A stretch of DNA of 64,000 nucleotides from Candidatus Woesearchaeota archaeon (lineage in GTDB: Archaea; Nanobdellota; Nanobdellia; Woesearchaeales; JACPIF01). Positions 1-9,220 of the stretch are shown piece after piece. Under the pieces are notes generated by a model. It made no database searches. It had not been told where the DNA came from and worked only from the letters and a program-made list of their open reading frames with translations. The DNA lies in contig JACPIF010000008.1 in the NCBI GenBank assembly GCA_016188215.1, positions 101,439-165,438 of the forward strand, in the 5' to 3' direction. The number at the start of each line of letters is the position of its first letter. Position 1 is the first letter of the stretch. Made by a program: the position numbers and the translations under genes.

Positions 1-1067
1 TTCCTGGAGCTTTTCATGATGCCCAAGACCTGCAATGCTGCTATCAAGCCGTCGCCTGTTGGATTGATGCCCGGCATGATGATATGGCCTGCCTGCTCAC
101 CGCCCAAGCTCAATTTCTTAAGGTGCAGCTGCTCTGCAACATACTTATCTCCGACTTTGGTGCGCAACATGGTGATGCCTTGATTCCAAAGGCTCTCTTC
201 AATGCCAAGATTAGTCATGACTGTTGCCACAACCATGTTTTTTCTTAATTTATTTTCCTGCTTCATTCTTAGGGCGCAGAGCGCAAGAATATCGTCGCCG
301 TCCAAAATCCTGCCTTTTTCATCAGCCATGATGACGCGGTCAGCATCGCCGTCTAAAGCTATGCCTGCGTCTGCCTTATATTTTTTGACAGCTTTTCGCA
401 TAGCCTCGGGATGAAGCGCGCCGCAGTTCAGGTTTATGTTCAAGCCATCCGGGCTGTTGTTAATAGGAATTACTGTTGCCCCCAGCTGTTTGAGGACTGC
501 AGGAGCAACTGAATAAGCTGCACCATTAGCGCAGTCTATCACTATCCTTAATCCTGAAAGCCTTATCTTTATTGAGCTCTTTGCAAGAGAGATGTAGTGC
601 AGCCTAGCATCATCTAATCTATAGGCTTTCCCCAGGTCTCTTGCAGAAACTGTTGATTCTAAAGAATCCTGAAGGGCGAGATGCTCTATTTCCTGCTCAA
701 CATTTTCTGGAAGCTTGCCGCCTTTACTGGAGAAGAACTTGATGCCATTATCCTCTGCAGGGTTATGGGATGCTGAGATTACTATCCCGGCGGCTGCCTT
801 TGCATTGACTGTCAGGAAAGAGATGGCCGGGGTGGGCATTGGGCCTACCAATAATGCGTCTGCACCCATAGAGCAGATGCCTGAGGTCAATGCGCTTTCC
901 AGGATATAGCCTGAGATTCTCGTATCCTTGCCTATCAGGATTTTTGGCCGTTTCCTGCCTTTAGAGAAGACTAAAGCTGCGGCTTTGCCTAAGCGCAGCG
1001 CCATTTCGGGGGTTATTGGATAACGGTTAGCAGTGCCCCTAATGCCGTCTGTTCCGAATAGCTTCAT
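1..1067 (-). CDS. alpha-D-phosphohexomutase family protein (phosphoglucosamine/phosphomannomutase-like), C-terminus beyond window start
   Basis: Absent from ORF track because it runs off the edge; reverse complement of 1041-1067 reads ATGAAGCTATTCGGAACAGACGGCAT = MKLFGTDGIRG, and in frame further on GIVISASHNPAEDNGIKFF (phosphohexomutase active-site Ser motif SASHNP). Confidence 0.7.
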   Translation of the reverse strand, partial: MKLFGTDGIRGTANRYPITPEMALRLGKAAALVFSKGRKRPKILIGKDTRISGYILESALTSGICSMGADALLVGPMPTPAISFLTVNAKAAAGIVISASHNPAEDNGIKFFSSKGGKLPENVEQEIEHLALQDSLESTVSARDLGKAYRLDDARLHYISLAKSSIKIRLSGLRIVIDCANGAAYSVAPAVLKQLGATVIPINNSPDGLNINLNCGALHPEAMRKAVKKYKADAGIALDGDADRVIMADEKGRILDGDDILALCALRMKQENKLRKNMVVATVMTNLGIEESLWNQGITMLRTKVGDKYVAEQLHLKKLSLGGEQAGHIIMPGINPTGDGLIAALQVLGIMKSSR

Positions 1068-1139
1068 CTGCTGAATTCAGAAAGCATTATATATAAGTAT
1101 TACTAAAGTAATTATAGTACTATTAAAAGATATTTTTTA

Positions 1140-2063
1140 ATGGCTATGCACATTGTCAATAAGACCAAGGATAAGGTAATATCGCTGCCTGCTAAAGAGG
1201 TGACGTATAAGCAGCTTAAGCCATTGACATCTGAATTGGCCCATAAGATATTGCTGGAGCTGGCTAAAAGCCCTTCATACCCTATAGCTTTGGCTAAGAA
1301 GCTTGGGGTGCATGAGCAGAAGGTATATTATCATATAAGGAACCTAGAGAAGGCCAGGATAGTGCAGGTAGTAAAGACAGACAGTGTACATGGGGCTGCA
1401 GCTAATTTCTATGGATTGGTTGAGCCTGCCTTTGTAATAGCCTATAAAGAGTTCCAGGAGGCTTTAAAGCTTGAGGAGCCTGTTTCCTATAGCTTATTAG
1501 AGCCTTTTATAGAGAACGGGCAGCTGAATGCTGCCATTATAGTAGGAAGCCCGGATCCGCACGGGCCTGAGAAAGCAAGGAGCAGGGATGGGTATTATGG
1601 GATTGATTTTGCACTGTTCCTAGGCAGTTTCCTTAATACTATACAAGGGTTGAACGTGAAATTAGATACTGAAGCCAGGACAGAGGACTTGCAGAAGAAT
1701 ATCATATTGATAGGAGGGCCTGTGGTCAATAGCGTTACTGCTTCGCTTAATATGAAAATGCCTATTAGGTTTAACAAGGAGAATAACTGGAGCATCTATT
1801 CAACTGTTTCCAATAAAGAATATCACTCAGATGAGGCAGGCATTATTGTAAAGATGAAGAATCCGTTTAATAAGAAGAAGTTTGCCTTAATAATAGCGGG
1901 GAAACGACATTCCGGGACTAGAGCAGTGATGATAGCATTTATCAAGCACTTTAAGGAGATTGCCAAAGGGAACAAGTTTAATGACAAGGTCTTTGCCAAG
2001 ATCATAGAAGGCATTGATCTGGATTCTGACGGGATTGTCGATGAGATTGAGATTGTTGAGTGA
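1140..2063 (+). CDS. winged-helix (ArsR/TrmB-like HTH) DNA-binding protein with ~200 aa C-terminal domain of unknown function
   Basis: ORF track 307 aa; N-terminal LAHKILLELAKSPSYPIALAKKLGVHEQKVYYHIRNLEKARIV is a typical wH recognition-helix/wing pattern; AT-rich promoter region 1068-1139 upstream. Confidence 0.5.
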   Translation: MAMHIVNKTKDKVISLPAKEVTYKQLKPLTSELAHKILLELAKSPSYPIALAKKLGVHEQKVYYHIRNLEKARIVQVVKTDSVHGAAANFYGLVEPAFVIAYKEFQEALKLEEPVSYSLLEPFIENGQLNAAIIVGSPDPHGPEKARSRDGYYGIDFALFLGSFLNTIQGLNVKLDTEARTEDLQKNIILIGGPVVNSVTASLNMKMPIRFNKENNWSIYSTVSNKEYHSDEAGIIVKMKNPFNKKKFALIIAGKRHSGTRAVMIAFIKHFKEIAKGNKFNDKVFAKIIEGIDLDSDGIVDEIEIVE

Positions 2064-2161
2064 TTAATTTCAAATAATGAGCCGCAACCCACCAACCATA
2101 GTCCCACTACCCACTCCTTTTCAATAATTTTAAATATATCTAATAAAACATACCTCTTGAG

Positions 2162-2335
2162 ATGTGTTTCTCCAAAAAACAAAAGAAAATTATTGGGAGA
2201 TGGTTTGAAGGGTTAGGGATAGGTATTATTGCAGGTTCTATAGTAACATTTTCTATTGGTGAATACAGATATTGGTATTTTTTGATAGTCGGTGCAGTTA
2301 TAATAGTATTAGGTACTAATATCCATGAAAAGTAA
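2162..2335 (+). CDS. small (57 aa) two-TM membrane protein, hypothetical
   Basis: Hand-translated ORF MCFSKKQKKIIGRWFEGLGIGIIAGSIVTFSIGEYRYWYFLIVGAVIIVLGTNIHEK; below the 60 aa cutoff of the track; no homology claim. Confidence 0.2.
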   Translation: MCFSKKQKKIIGRWFEGLGIGIIAGSIVTFSIGEYRYWYFLIVGAVIIVLGTNIHEK

Positions 2336-2349
2336 ATAAAGTTTTTCCT

Positions 2350-2763
2350 ATGCGACTACATGATGTACAGTTGGAAAGGGAATTATTATGGAAAAAAATT
2401 AAAGATATTTTACAATCTTATGAATTGCAGGTAGAGGATTTAATAGCCAAAGCGTTTGAACGAGACCAACCTATTTGGGAATTTGAGCTAAAGACTAGAA
2501 GAGGTTATGTGTATATCATAAAGAATAACTATTGGAGGAGCAATCCGATTGAGCACAATTCGGATGAGTGGTTTTATTTTCACAAGTATAGCGTAAAAGA
2601 ACCAGAGTATATTTTGAAAATGGGAGGGGGAAAATACTTTCGAGTTTTTTTGTGCTTGGATTTTCTTAGAAAGGTAGATTTAATCCTTGTAGCCATATTT
2701 TATGATAATGTTGAAGAACAAAAGCCTAGGAGAAAAAACACAGAAAAGATAAAAAACAAATAA
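2350..2763 (+). CDS. hypothetical protein
   Basis: ORF track 137 aa, Lys-rich C-terminal tail, no recognisable motif. Confidence 0.3.
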   Translation: MRLHDVQLERELLWKKIKDILQSYELQVEDLIAKAFERDQPIWEFELKTRRGYVYIIKNNYWRSNPIEHNSDEWFYFHKYSVKEPEYILKMGGGKYFRVFLCLDFLRKVDLILVAIFYDNVEEQKPRRKNTEKIKNK

Positions 2764-2833
2764 TTTAAAAGTTTCGTCTAACAAATAAAATTTCTACTTA
2801 AAATGTGGTTTTTCTTCATATAACAAGCTTTGC

Positions 2834-3331
2834 CTAAATAGATTTCTTAATGTCAGAAACTAACTTTCTAAACTTTATTCTATCAAACTTAGTAGTATCA
2901 ACCTTCAGAACCTTATGCTTATTCTCCTGCGCTTCTGTCAATATTGATTCAAATATCTCGGCTTGGAGGTTCTCTTCTATCTTTTGTTGGGAGTATCTGC
3001 GCTTTGCAAGTCTGGCTTTTAGAACTTTAATATTGGTAGTTAGGATGACGCAGAGCTTTACCAGCTTTTTTGGCAGATGATGGGCGAGATGGGATTCAAA
3101 GATGATGCCTTTGTCCTTAGATGCATTTAGGAATTTTTGGAAGACCGCTGTCATCTTGTCTGTGTCCACAATTCTGGTTTTTCTTTCTTTGTCATAGCCG
3201 GAATAGATGGATTTATTGAGATTGTGTATAGAAAGATAACGGAAACCAAGCTCTTTGGCTAGCTTTTTTGCAATGACAGTTTTGCCTGTTCCAGGCACCC
3301 CTGATACGACTATAACTTTAGGTTTCGGCAT
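2834..3331 (-). CDS. P-loop NTPase, Fap7/AK6-like putative adenylate kinase
   Basis: 165 aa; Walker A VIVVSGVPGTGKTVIAKKLAKELGFRYLS at N-terminus, size and layout of archaeal Fap7/adenylate kinase isoenzyme 6 homologs. Confidence 0.55.
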   Translation of the reverse strand: MPKPKVIVVSGVPGTGKTVIAKKLAKELGFRYLSIHNLNKSIYSGYDKERKTRIVDTDKMTAVFQKFLNASKDKGIIFESHLAHHLPKKLVKLCVILTTNIKVLKARLAKRRYSQQKIEENLQAEIFESILTEAQENKHKVLKVDTTKFDRIKFRKLVSDIKKSI

Positions 3332-3333
3332 TT

Positions 3334-3903
3334 TTATTCCCTTCTGGAAAAGAACGTCTGCAGGGCTAGGTATAATGCGAGCGAGAGAAGGAAACCGACC
3401 AGAAACCAGAGCCAGGTATAATCAGCAGCAGGCTGCATCATATAAGCTTCCTGCGCAAAGTCTGCTGATCTCGCCATCATGGGAGCTGCTTCATCTATTG
3501 AGAAGGATTCCTGGATTGTTGTATAATACTTAATGAATGCAGTTGCGACCAAACCAATTCCAAGAACCGGAAGGATGCCCTTGAGCCGCTCCTTTAAGCC
3601 AAATGTAGATTTAGGCGCAATGATGATATACTTGCTGGCCAGCTTGTAATGATTGATAGTCTTGCCCTTGGAGCTGTAATGATACTCATCAGATATGACA
3701 AGGCCTGAGTCAACAAGCTGCTTCAGGTTATAATGTACTGTGGAAAGGGGGATGTCCAGCTTTTTAGCCAACTCAGTTTCAGTTGCATCCCTCTGCGTAA
3801 GATGCTCAAGAATCTTCTTGCAGCTGTCATTTGCAATGACTTGAGCAAGCTTCTTTGCCTTGTCTTCCTTTAAGGAAACTAAAAGGAATGATTCGCCTTT
3901 CAT
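3334..3903 (-). CDS. membrane-anchored ArsR-type HTH transcriptional regulator
   Basis: Track ORF 3334..4287 has an implausible low-complexity N-terminal extension; in-frame ATG at 3903 (CAT at 3901-3903) gives MKGESFLLVSLKEDKAKKLAQVIANDSCKKILEHLTQRDATETELAKKLDIPLSTVHYNLKQLVDSGLV (ArsR HTH) followed by two hydrophobic TM segments. Confidence 0.55.
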   Translation of the reverse strand: MKGESFLLVSLKEDKAKKLAQVIANDSCKKILEHLTQRDATETELAKKLDIPLSTVHYNLKQLVDSGLVISDEYHYSSKGKTINHYKLASKYIIIAPKSTFGLKERLKGILPVLGIGLVATAFIKYYTTIQESFSIDEAAPMMARSADFAQEAYMMQPAADYTWLWFLVGFLLSLALYLALQTFFSRRE

Positions 3904-4101
3904 GGGAAAGGGCAGTTTTGCACATTTAAAAAGGTATTGATAGCTATAAGCTGGATTGCACCTATACTCACGGACAAAATCTATTGAGCAATAGTTGTCC
4001 GTTCGTAATAAGTAAAGGTCATATCTATTGCTCAAATTATTGTGCCCTTTACTATATCTGCTCCGCAAATAATTTAAAGCAGGGGATATTGATTTTATGC
4101 T

Positions 4102-4542
4102 ATGAATTGTGACATGTGCGGCCGGAATCCCCAGCAGTTTAAGGCAGCTGTAGAGGGAAGCACCATGCTGCTGTGCCAGGCATGCGCAAAATTCGGGAAA
4201 GTGATTGGAAGAGCAACGCAGCCTGCTCCTGAGAAAGTAAAGATTGAGAAGCCCGAGACCATTGAAATAATTGTTGCAGATTTCCACAAGCTTATACGAG
4301 AAAAGAGGGAAGCATTAAAAGAGAACCATGAGGCATTTGCCGCAAGGCTGGGCATAAAGAGCTCAATCCTGCATAAGATAGAGGCAGGGCATTTTACGCC
4401 TGACATGGAAACTGCAAAGCGGCTTGAGAAGATTCTTGGGCTAAGATTGGTGACTACTGAGGATGCAGGGGGAAAGGCTCCTGTCTTTAAGCAGGCTGAG
4501 GGCATGACGCTTGGTGATTTCATTAAAGTAAAGAAACGATGA
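4102..4542 (+). CDS. archaeal multiprotein-bridging factor 1 (aMBF1)-like: N-terminal zinc ribbon + XRE-type HTH
   Basis: CDMCG...CQAC zinc ribbon, then helix-turn-helix LIREKREALKENHEAFAARLGIKSSILHKIEAGHFTPDMETAKRLEKILGLRL; 4-nt ATGA overlap with next gene. Confidence 0.6.
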   Translation: MNCDMCGRNPQQFKAAVEGSTMLLCQACAKFGKVIGRATQPAPEKVKIEKPETIEIIVADFHKLIREKREALKENHEAFAARLGIKSSILHKIEAGHFTPDMETAKRLEKILGLRLVTTEDAGGKAPVFKQAEGMTLGDFIKVKKR

Positions 4543-5867
4543 AATACAATGTTTTCTTCATTATTGTCCCGCTGGCCCTGCTTTTGGGCTATTTTGCATG
4601 GTTTGATGCGCTGCCTAAATGGGATGAGACAGTTTACATGACAAATGCGCGCTCGCATGTAGCTGACATAAAGCCGCTGGAAGATTACAGGAGCCCGCTG
4701 CTTGAATACGTGATTGCAGGAATCTGGCTGGTCACCTGGGAATCATTGGCTGCAGCACGGAGCCTTGCAATTGCGTTCACCTTGCTCCTCGTTTACTTGT
4801 TCTACTTAATCTGCCGGGAATATTTTGACTCGCAGCTTTCTTTCTGGCTTACCATGCTGTTCAGCGCATCACCTCTTATCATCACATGGGGATATACTGC
4901 TTATTCAGATATTCCAGGGCTTTGCCTCATTGCATTGGCCTTCTATTTCATTATTAAGGATAATTACACTGCGGCTGGCTTTTTCTCAGGAGCAGCATTC
5001 CTAATGCGCTTCCCATACGGATTGTTTGCCGCTGCTGTTTTACTTTATGTACTTCTTGAATATAAATTCACTAGGCAAATGGCAGAAAGAATTTTTCAAT
5101 ATGCTAGTACGTTTGCCATCATCCTTGTGCCATGGCTACTTTACAATTGGCTGCACTATAACAATCTGTCCTGGGATTTCAGGATATACCAGAGCGTAAT
5201 CAGGAATTACAGCCTGAATGAGCCTATTGCGTTATTTATGACCAGGGCATTTTGGCTTCTCATAATACTGCCGGCATTCATGCTTCTTGGATTAGCACAA
5301 GTCAGAAAAAGGCCTAAAGGATATGGCCTGATTGTAATAAGCCTTGCCGTAATCCTGGGTTACTACCTTTTCTTTGTAAACTTAAAGATTGAGCGGTATT
5401 TCCTGAGCTGGATATTATTCTTTTATCTCCTCGTGGGATTTGGATTCCTTTGGATCAAGATTAATTATAGAAAGCTGGCTATGCCTGCGCTTGTGCTTGC
5501 GTTAGTAATGGCAGCATATACGTTAGTGCCTGCTGTAGCAGCAGTACAGAACGATATAAGATGCAAAGCAGATGGAGCGCTAATGCAAAGCGTACTATAC
5601 CTGCAGCAGAGGGTAAATCCTGCATCGCGGATCCTGAGCAATACGTGGGTTTACTACCAGTATTACCTTGGAACTGAAAGCTATTCGTTGTGGTCGCCTC
5701 ATGTGGGAGCTTTAATCTCGCAATATAGCCCGAAATATGTTATCATAAATAACCAGGAAGGGGAGCTTTTTGACACGAGTTTGGCAGAACAGTCAGGCAG
5801 AGTCTATATTGAGCAAGAATTCAGGGATGATTGCGGGCAGCGGGTGACCTTATACAGGGTTAAGTAA
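4539..5867 (+). CDS. GT-C fold membrane glycosyltransferase (ArnT/PMT family 39-like)
   Basis: 442 aa, ~11 predicted TM helices, short periplasmic C-terminal domain; architecture of dolichyl/undecaprenyl-phosphate-sugar dependent transferases; no catalytic motif verified. Confidence 0.45.
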   Translation: MKYNVFFIIVPLALLLGYFAWFDALPKWDETVYMTNARSHVADIKPLEDYRSPLLEYVIAGIWLVTWESLAAARSLAIAFTLLLVYLFYLICREYFDSQLSFWLTMLFSASPLIITWGYTAYSDIPGLCLIALAFYFIIKDNYTAAGFFSGAAFLMRFPYGLFAAAVLLYVLLEYKFTRQMAERIFQYASTFAIILVPWLLYNWLHYNNLSWDFRIYQSVIRNYSLNEPIALFMTRAFWLLIILPAFMLLGLAQVRKRPKGYGLIVISLAVILGYYLFFVNLKIERYFLSWILFFYLLVGFGFLWIKINYRKLAMPALVLALVMAAYTLVPAVAAVQNDIRCKADGALMQSVLYLQQRVNPASRILSNTWVYYQYYLGTESYSLWSPHVGALISQYSPKYVIINNQEGELFDTSLAEQSGRVYIEQEFRDDCGQRVTLYRVK

Positions 5868-6509
5868 CTGCTCAACAGCTTCCCTGTCCAGAAAACCAAT
5901 ATGTTTTTCATTATTGATTATGATGGCAGGCGCCTGCTGGACTTCATAGATATCACGCAGGGCAGCAAGGGCGCTGTTGTTGATATTAAGGTCAAATGAA
6001 TAGACGCGGGTCTGCGGATATTTCTGCCGGATATAATTCAATACCCAACCCTGCTCCTCACAGCTTGGGCAATCCCCCTGGTTTGAATAAAAGTAGAGGA
6101 TGGGAACGACATCAGACTCGCATTCCTCCACAGTCTTCCTGATGAAAAGCCAATGCCTCATCTCAAGCAGGGAATAGTAGGACTTTAAGGCCTGCACCCT
6201 TTGATCACCTTCGCCCAAATTGCTCTCCATGAAATCAAGCCGTGTGCCTACATTGTAGAGCTGGTCTGTCATAAACCTTGTATTGATGCCCGTGCACGGA
6301 TTTTCTGATATCAGCAGGTATTCAATCTCAACTGCAAGTGTGTCAATGCGAAGGTCCTGCTCCAGCTGGTCAAGCTTCTGCAGCTTTATGTTAGTTATGT
6401 AAGAGCCTATAAGCAGGCCTATGAGAAAAATCAGCGTGGTAGTGGCAAATGCTGCAATATATTTTGTCTTTGATATCTGTTTGCGGTCCACAGAAAAGGC
6501 TTGAAGCAA
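5850..6509 (-). CDS. membrane-anchored thioredoxin-fold protein (CxxC)
   Basis: N-terminal TM helix then YFYSNQGDCPSCEEQ (CPSC redox motif in thioredoxin-like context). Confidence 0.45.
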   Translation of the reverse strand: MLQAFSVDRKQISKTKYIAAFATTTLIFLIGLLIGSYITNIKLQKLDQLEQDLRIDTLAVEIEYLLISENPCTGINTRFMTDQLYNVGTRLDFMESNLGEGDQRVQALKSYYSLLEMRHWLFIRKTVEECESDVVPILYFYSNQGDCPSCEEQGWVLNYIRQKYPQTRVYSFDLNINNSALAALRDIYEVQQAPAIIINNEKHIGFLDREAVEQLLNPV

Positions 6510-6536
6510 ATCGCTTTATAAATCTTTAGATGACAG

Positions 6537-7775
6537 TTAAAGCTCCTTGGCGCCCCACCTGATCTTGCGGCCTGTGGCTTTGTAGAAGAGTGCTGCTATC
6601 CACCAGAAGCCGAAGAGCATCCAGTACACAATGATATACAGCACATAGTTGCCCTTAATATCTGCCTTTTCCATGGCAACATACTTGGCGAAATAGACAA
6701 TAAGGATACCCACAAACATTGTCAGCACCGAGAGCAGCATGAGCGAATTTGCGTTGATAAAATATGCATCAAAGTTGAACTTCATTATGGTTAAAATATC
6801 AAAATTGATGGATGAGTAATTGATAAAGAGCCGCACCAGCGAGTCAATTGCCTTATAGGTGAAGTACAGGAGAGAAGCCATGACCAAGAATACAGAAAAA
6901 AAAGATGCTGGAAGGATGAACAGGCCAAGGTTCCCGTATTTCCCGCTGAACAGCTCGCGGTAGTTCCATACATTCTCAAAAAAGCCAATATACCAGCGCA
7001 TGCGCTGCCTGTATAATGGCCAGAAGCTTGCAGGAGTTATCGTGTAGACATTCGCATGCAGGGCATTCTCTATGTAATAGCCATGCTTCTGGATGCGGAG
7101 GGCAACTTCAATGTCCTCGGTTAGGTTTTTCTCGTCATAGTTTCCATGCATGTCAAAAAAGGTTTTGCGGTAGATGGTGAATGGGCCCGGGGTAACATGG
7201 ATGCTGCCCAGCAGCGCAAATATCTTGCGCAGGAACACCCCTATGAGATATTCAATGCGTTGCACTTTCTGCAGCATTGTCTTGGGTGTATACACCTTGA
7301 GGGAAGGTGTCACTGCCATGACCTTTGGGCTTGCCTCAAAGAAGCCCATGATGTTGAGCAGCGCATCAGGGTCAACGAACGAGTCTGCGTCCAGGGCGCC
7401 GACGAATTCAGTGGCGCAGCGCCGCAGGCCAAAATTTAAGGCAGAAGCTTTGCCGCCATTCTTCTTGCGATAGACTGCGCATTGCGAGCTTTCAAACCGC
7501 TTTGCAATGGAATACGTGCTGTCTGTGCTTCCATCATCAATAACGATAATTTTAAGCTTGCCTTTAGGGTATTTCAGGCGCAGCAGCGATTTCAGGGTCT
7601 GTGCTATGCTTGCCTCTTCATTGTACGCAGGCACAATGATGGTGACTGCTCCAAGCTGCCTTGCCTTCCTTGACTGGAGCTCTTTTCTGTTCTCCAGCAA
7701 TGTAAGGATAAAAAAAATAGAAGTGAACAGGCCAAAGTATGCCACGGTGTATACCAAAAGCTCGCCAAATGTCAT
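6537..7775 (-). CDS. family 2 glycosyltransferase, processive type (QxxRW), with flanking TM helices
   Basis: IIVPAYNEE...IIVIDDGSTDST (GT-A nucleotide-binding), DADS (DxD), and YRQRMRWYIGFF (Q(R/Q)xRW motif of cellulose/chitin/hyaluronan synthase-like GT2). Confidence 0.75.
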   Translation of the reverse strand: MTFGELLVYTVAYFGLFTSIFFILTLLENRKELQSRKARQLGAVTIIVPAYNEEASIAQTLKSLLRLKYPKGKLKIIVIDDGSTDSTYSIAKRFESSQCAVYRKKNGGKASALNFGLRRCATEFVGALDADSFVDPDALLNIMGFFEASPKVMAVTPSLKVYTPKTMLQKVQRIEYLIGVFLRKIFALLGSIHVTPGPFTIYRKTFFDMHGNYDEKNLTEDIEVALRIQKHGYYIENALHANVYTITPASFWPLYRQRMRWYIGFFENVWNYRELFSGKYGNLGLFILPASFFSVFLVMASLLYFTYKAIDSLVRLFINYSSINFDILTIMKFNFDAYFINANSLMLLSVLTMFVGILIVYFAKYVAMEKADIKGNYVLYIIVYWMLFGFWWIAALFYKATGRKIRWGAKEL

Positions 7776-9220
7776 GATTCACCCAGATACTTCCAGATGC
7801 TAATACCTCGCTCATAATAAATATTGCGGAAGGTCTGGTTATTATTGAGAAGGTAGAGAAGGCCTTCATCCTGCCTACTCCAGACCTGGCCATTTACCAT
7901 GCTGTCATCAATCCATATATATGTAATATTATACAGATTTAGACGTTTTTTGACATCGCGCAGGCTGCGATTCATAAATATGCTATTGCTCGCCTCAAGC
8001 CGCTCCGGAGCATCAAGGATATAGCCTATGTTGCTGTCCGTCATCACTTTCCGCTCTGCAAGGTACTCTATCCAGTAGCCTTTCGTGTAGTGCGATAGCA
8101 CCACTTCATTACGCCGTGAGTTTCCATTCAGCCATACCAGGCTTTCCACAACTTCTGTGCTGGGATTGGTTATGGCTAGGCGGTTGATATAGGATGTTGC
8201 AGAGAATAAAAGGCCACAGAAAATCGCCAAAATAGTGAGTTCCTTGATCAGGTAGAGCATCCATGTCCGCTTTAGGAGGCGGTGGATGCTAATGCCTGAA
8301 AAGATGGATACAATAAAATTCAGATATACTATAGCAAGGGAATAGAACACGGCAAGGAAAAACAATAGTGCTGTGCCAATATAAATGGGGGCAAGCTGTT
8401 TCTTGCGGTCCCAGGTGAACGCTATACCGATGCTGCACAGGATGAGCGAAAAGATGGAAAACCCGAATTTGCCGCCAAGATCCGAGAGCATGCGCTGAAT
8501 GAAGTCTTCACGGAGAAGCTCTGTATTCTGGGGTAGGCCATAATTCCAGTAAATAACAGCGGCATAGACTGCTATGAATGTCATGGTTACCACTGCAAGC
8601 AGGAAGTAATGACGGAGCAGCTTTTTCCTGTACAAGGCATAGGAAAGTAGGACGAGCAGGGTCACTAAAGGGGCTATGAGGCTAAACAGGCTTGAAGCTA
8701 TCAGGAAAAAGAATGAAAGCGTGAAATAAAGCATGTCTTCTTTAATAAAAAGGCATATTGCCGCAAGTGAGAACAAAATTGACAAGGCTGCTGGGTTGGA
8801 ATAGGTGAAGATTCCCAAAAATGGGGGTGAGAGGATAAGCGCAAGGAGGATATAGAACTGCTGCTCATATTGTATAGATAGCTGCTGAAGTATCAGGAAG
8901 AACAGGAGCAGGGCGATGACACCGCTGAGGAATGGCAGCAGCTGAGAGGCGAATTCAATGCCAATAATATATCCTATCCAAGACAGCACAACATGATAAG
9001 GCTCAATCACGTAAGGCCGCCCGCCCAAGATAGCTTCATCCCTCTCAGGGATACCGCTCTTGATGATTGATTGTGCAATCCGCGCATGGTAGTAGGATTC
9101 ATCCCCTACCAGGAGAGCGTTGAAGTAAAGCATTCTCATAAGAGGAACAAGCAGCAGGATAAGTGTGCCGGCAACCAGCGTGAAAATGAAAAGGTTGCGC
9201 CTGGTAAAGTATGCTTTCAT
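7772..9220 (-). CDS. polytopic membrane protein, GT-C-like putative glycosyltransferase (paralog of next gene)
   Basis: 482 aa, >10 TM helices, soluble C-terminal domain ...RLNLYNITYIWIDDS... homologous to C-terminus of 9217..10719 product; contains YWNYG resembling but not matching STT3 WWDYG. Confidence 0.4.
   Translation of the reverse strand: MKAYFTRRNLFIFTLVAGTLILLLVPLMRMLYFNALLVGDESYYHARIAQSIIKSGIPERDEAILGGRPYVIEPYHVVLSWIGYIIGIEFASQLLPFLSGVIALLLFFLILQQLSIQYEQQFYILLALILSPPFLGIFTYSNPAALSILFSLAAICLFIKEDMLYFTLSFFFLIASSLFSLIAPLVTLLVLLSYALYRKKLLRHYFLLAVVTMTFIAVYAAVIYWNYGLPQNTELLREDFIQRMLSDLGGKFGFSIFSLILCSIGIAFTWDRKKQLAPIYIGTALLFFLAVFYSLAIVYLNFIVSIFSGISIHRLLKRTWMLYLIKELTILAIFCGLLFSATSYINRLAITNPSTEVVESLVWLNGNSRRNEVVLSHYTKGYWIEYLAERKVMTDSNIGYILDAPERLEASNSIFMNRSLRDVKKRLNLYNITYIWIDDSMVNGQVWSRQDEGLLYLLNNNQTFRNIYYERGISIWKYLGES

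Noticed and set aside
3334-4287. 317-aa ORF as a single protein
   Set aside because: First about 128 codons read like translated non-coding DNA and overlap the plus-strand aMBF1 gene; HTH domain starts at internal Met (3903).
7772-9220. Calling this the AglB/STT3 oligosaccharyltransferase because of YWNYG
   Set aside because: Motif is not WWDYG, sits between TM segments rather than in a large C-terminal domain, and protein is far shorter than AglB; left as a generic GT-C-like protein.
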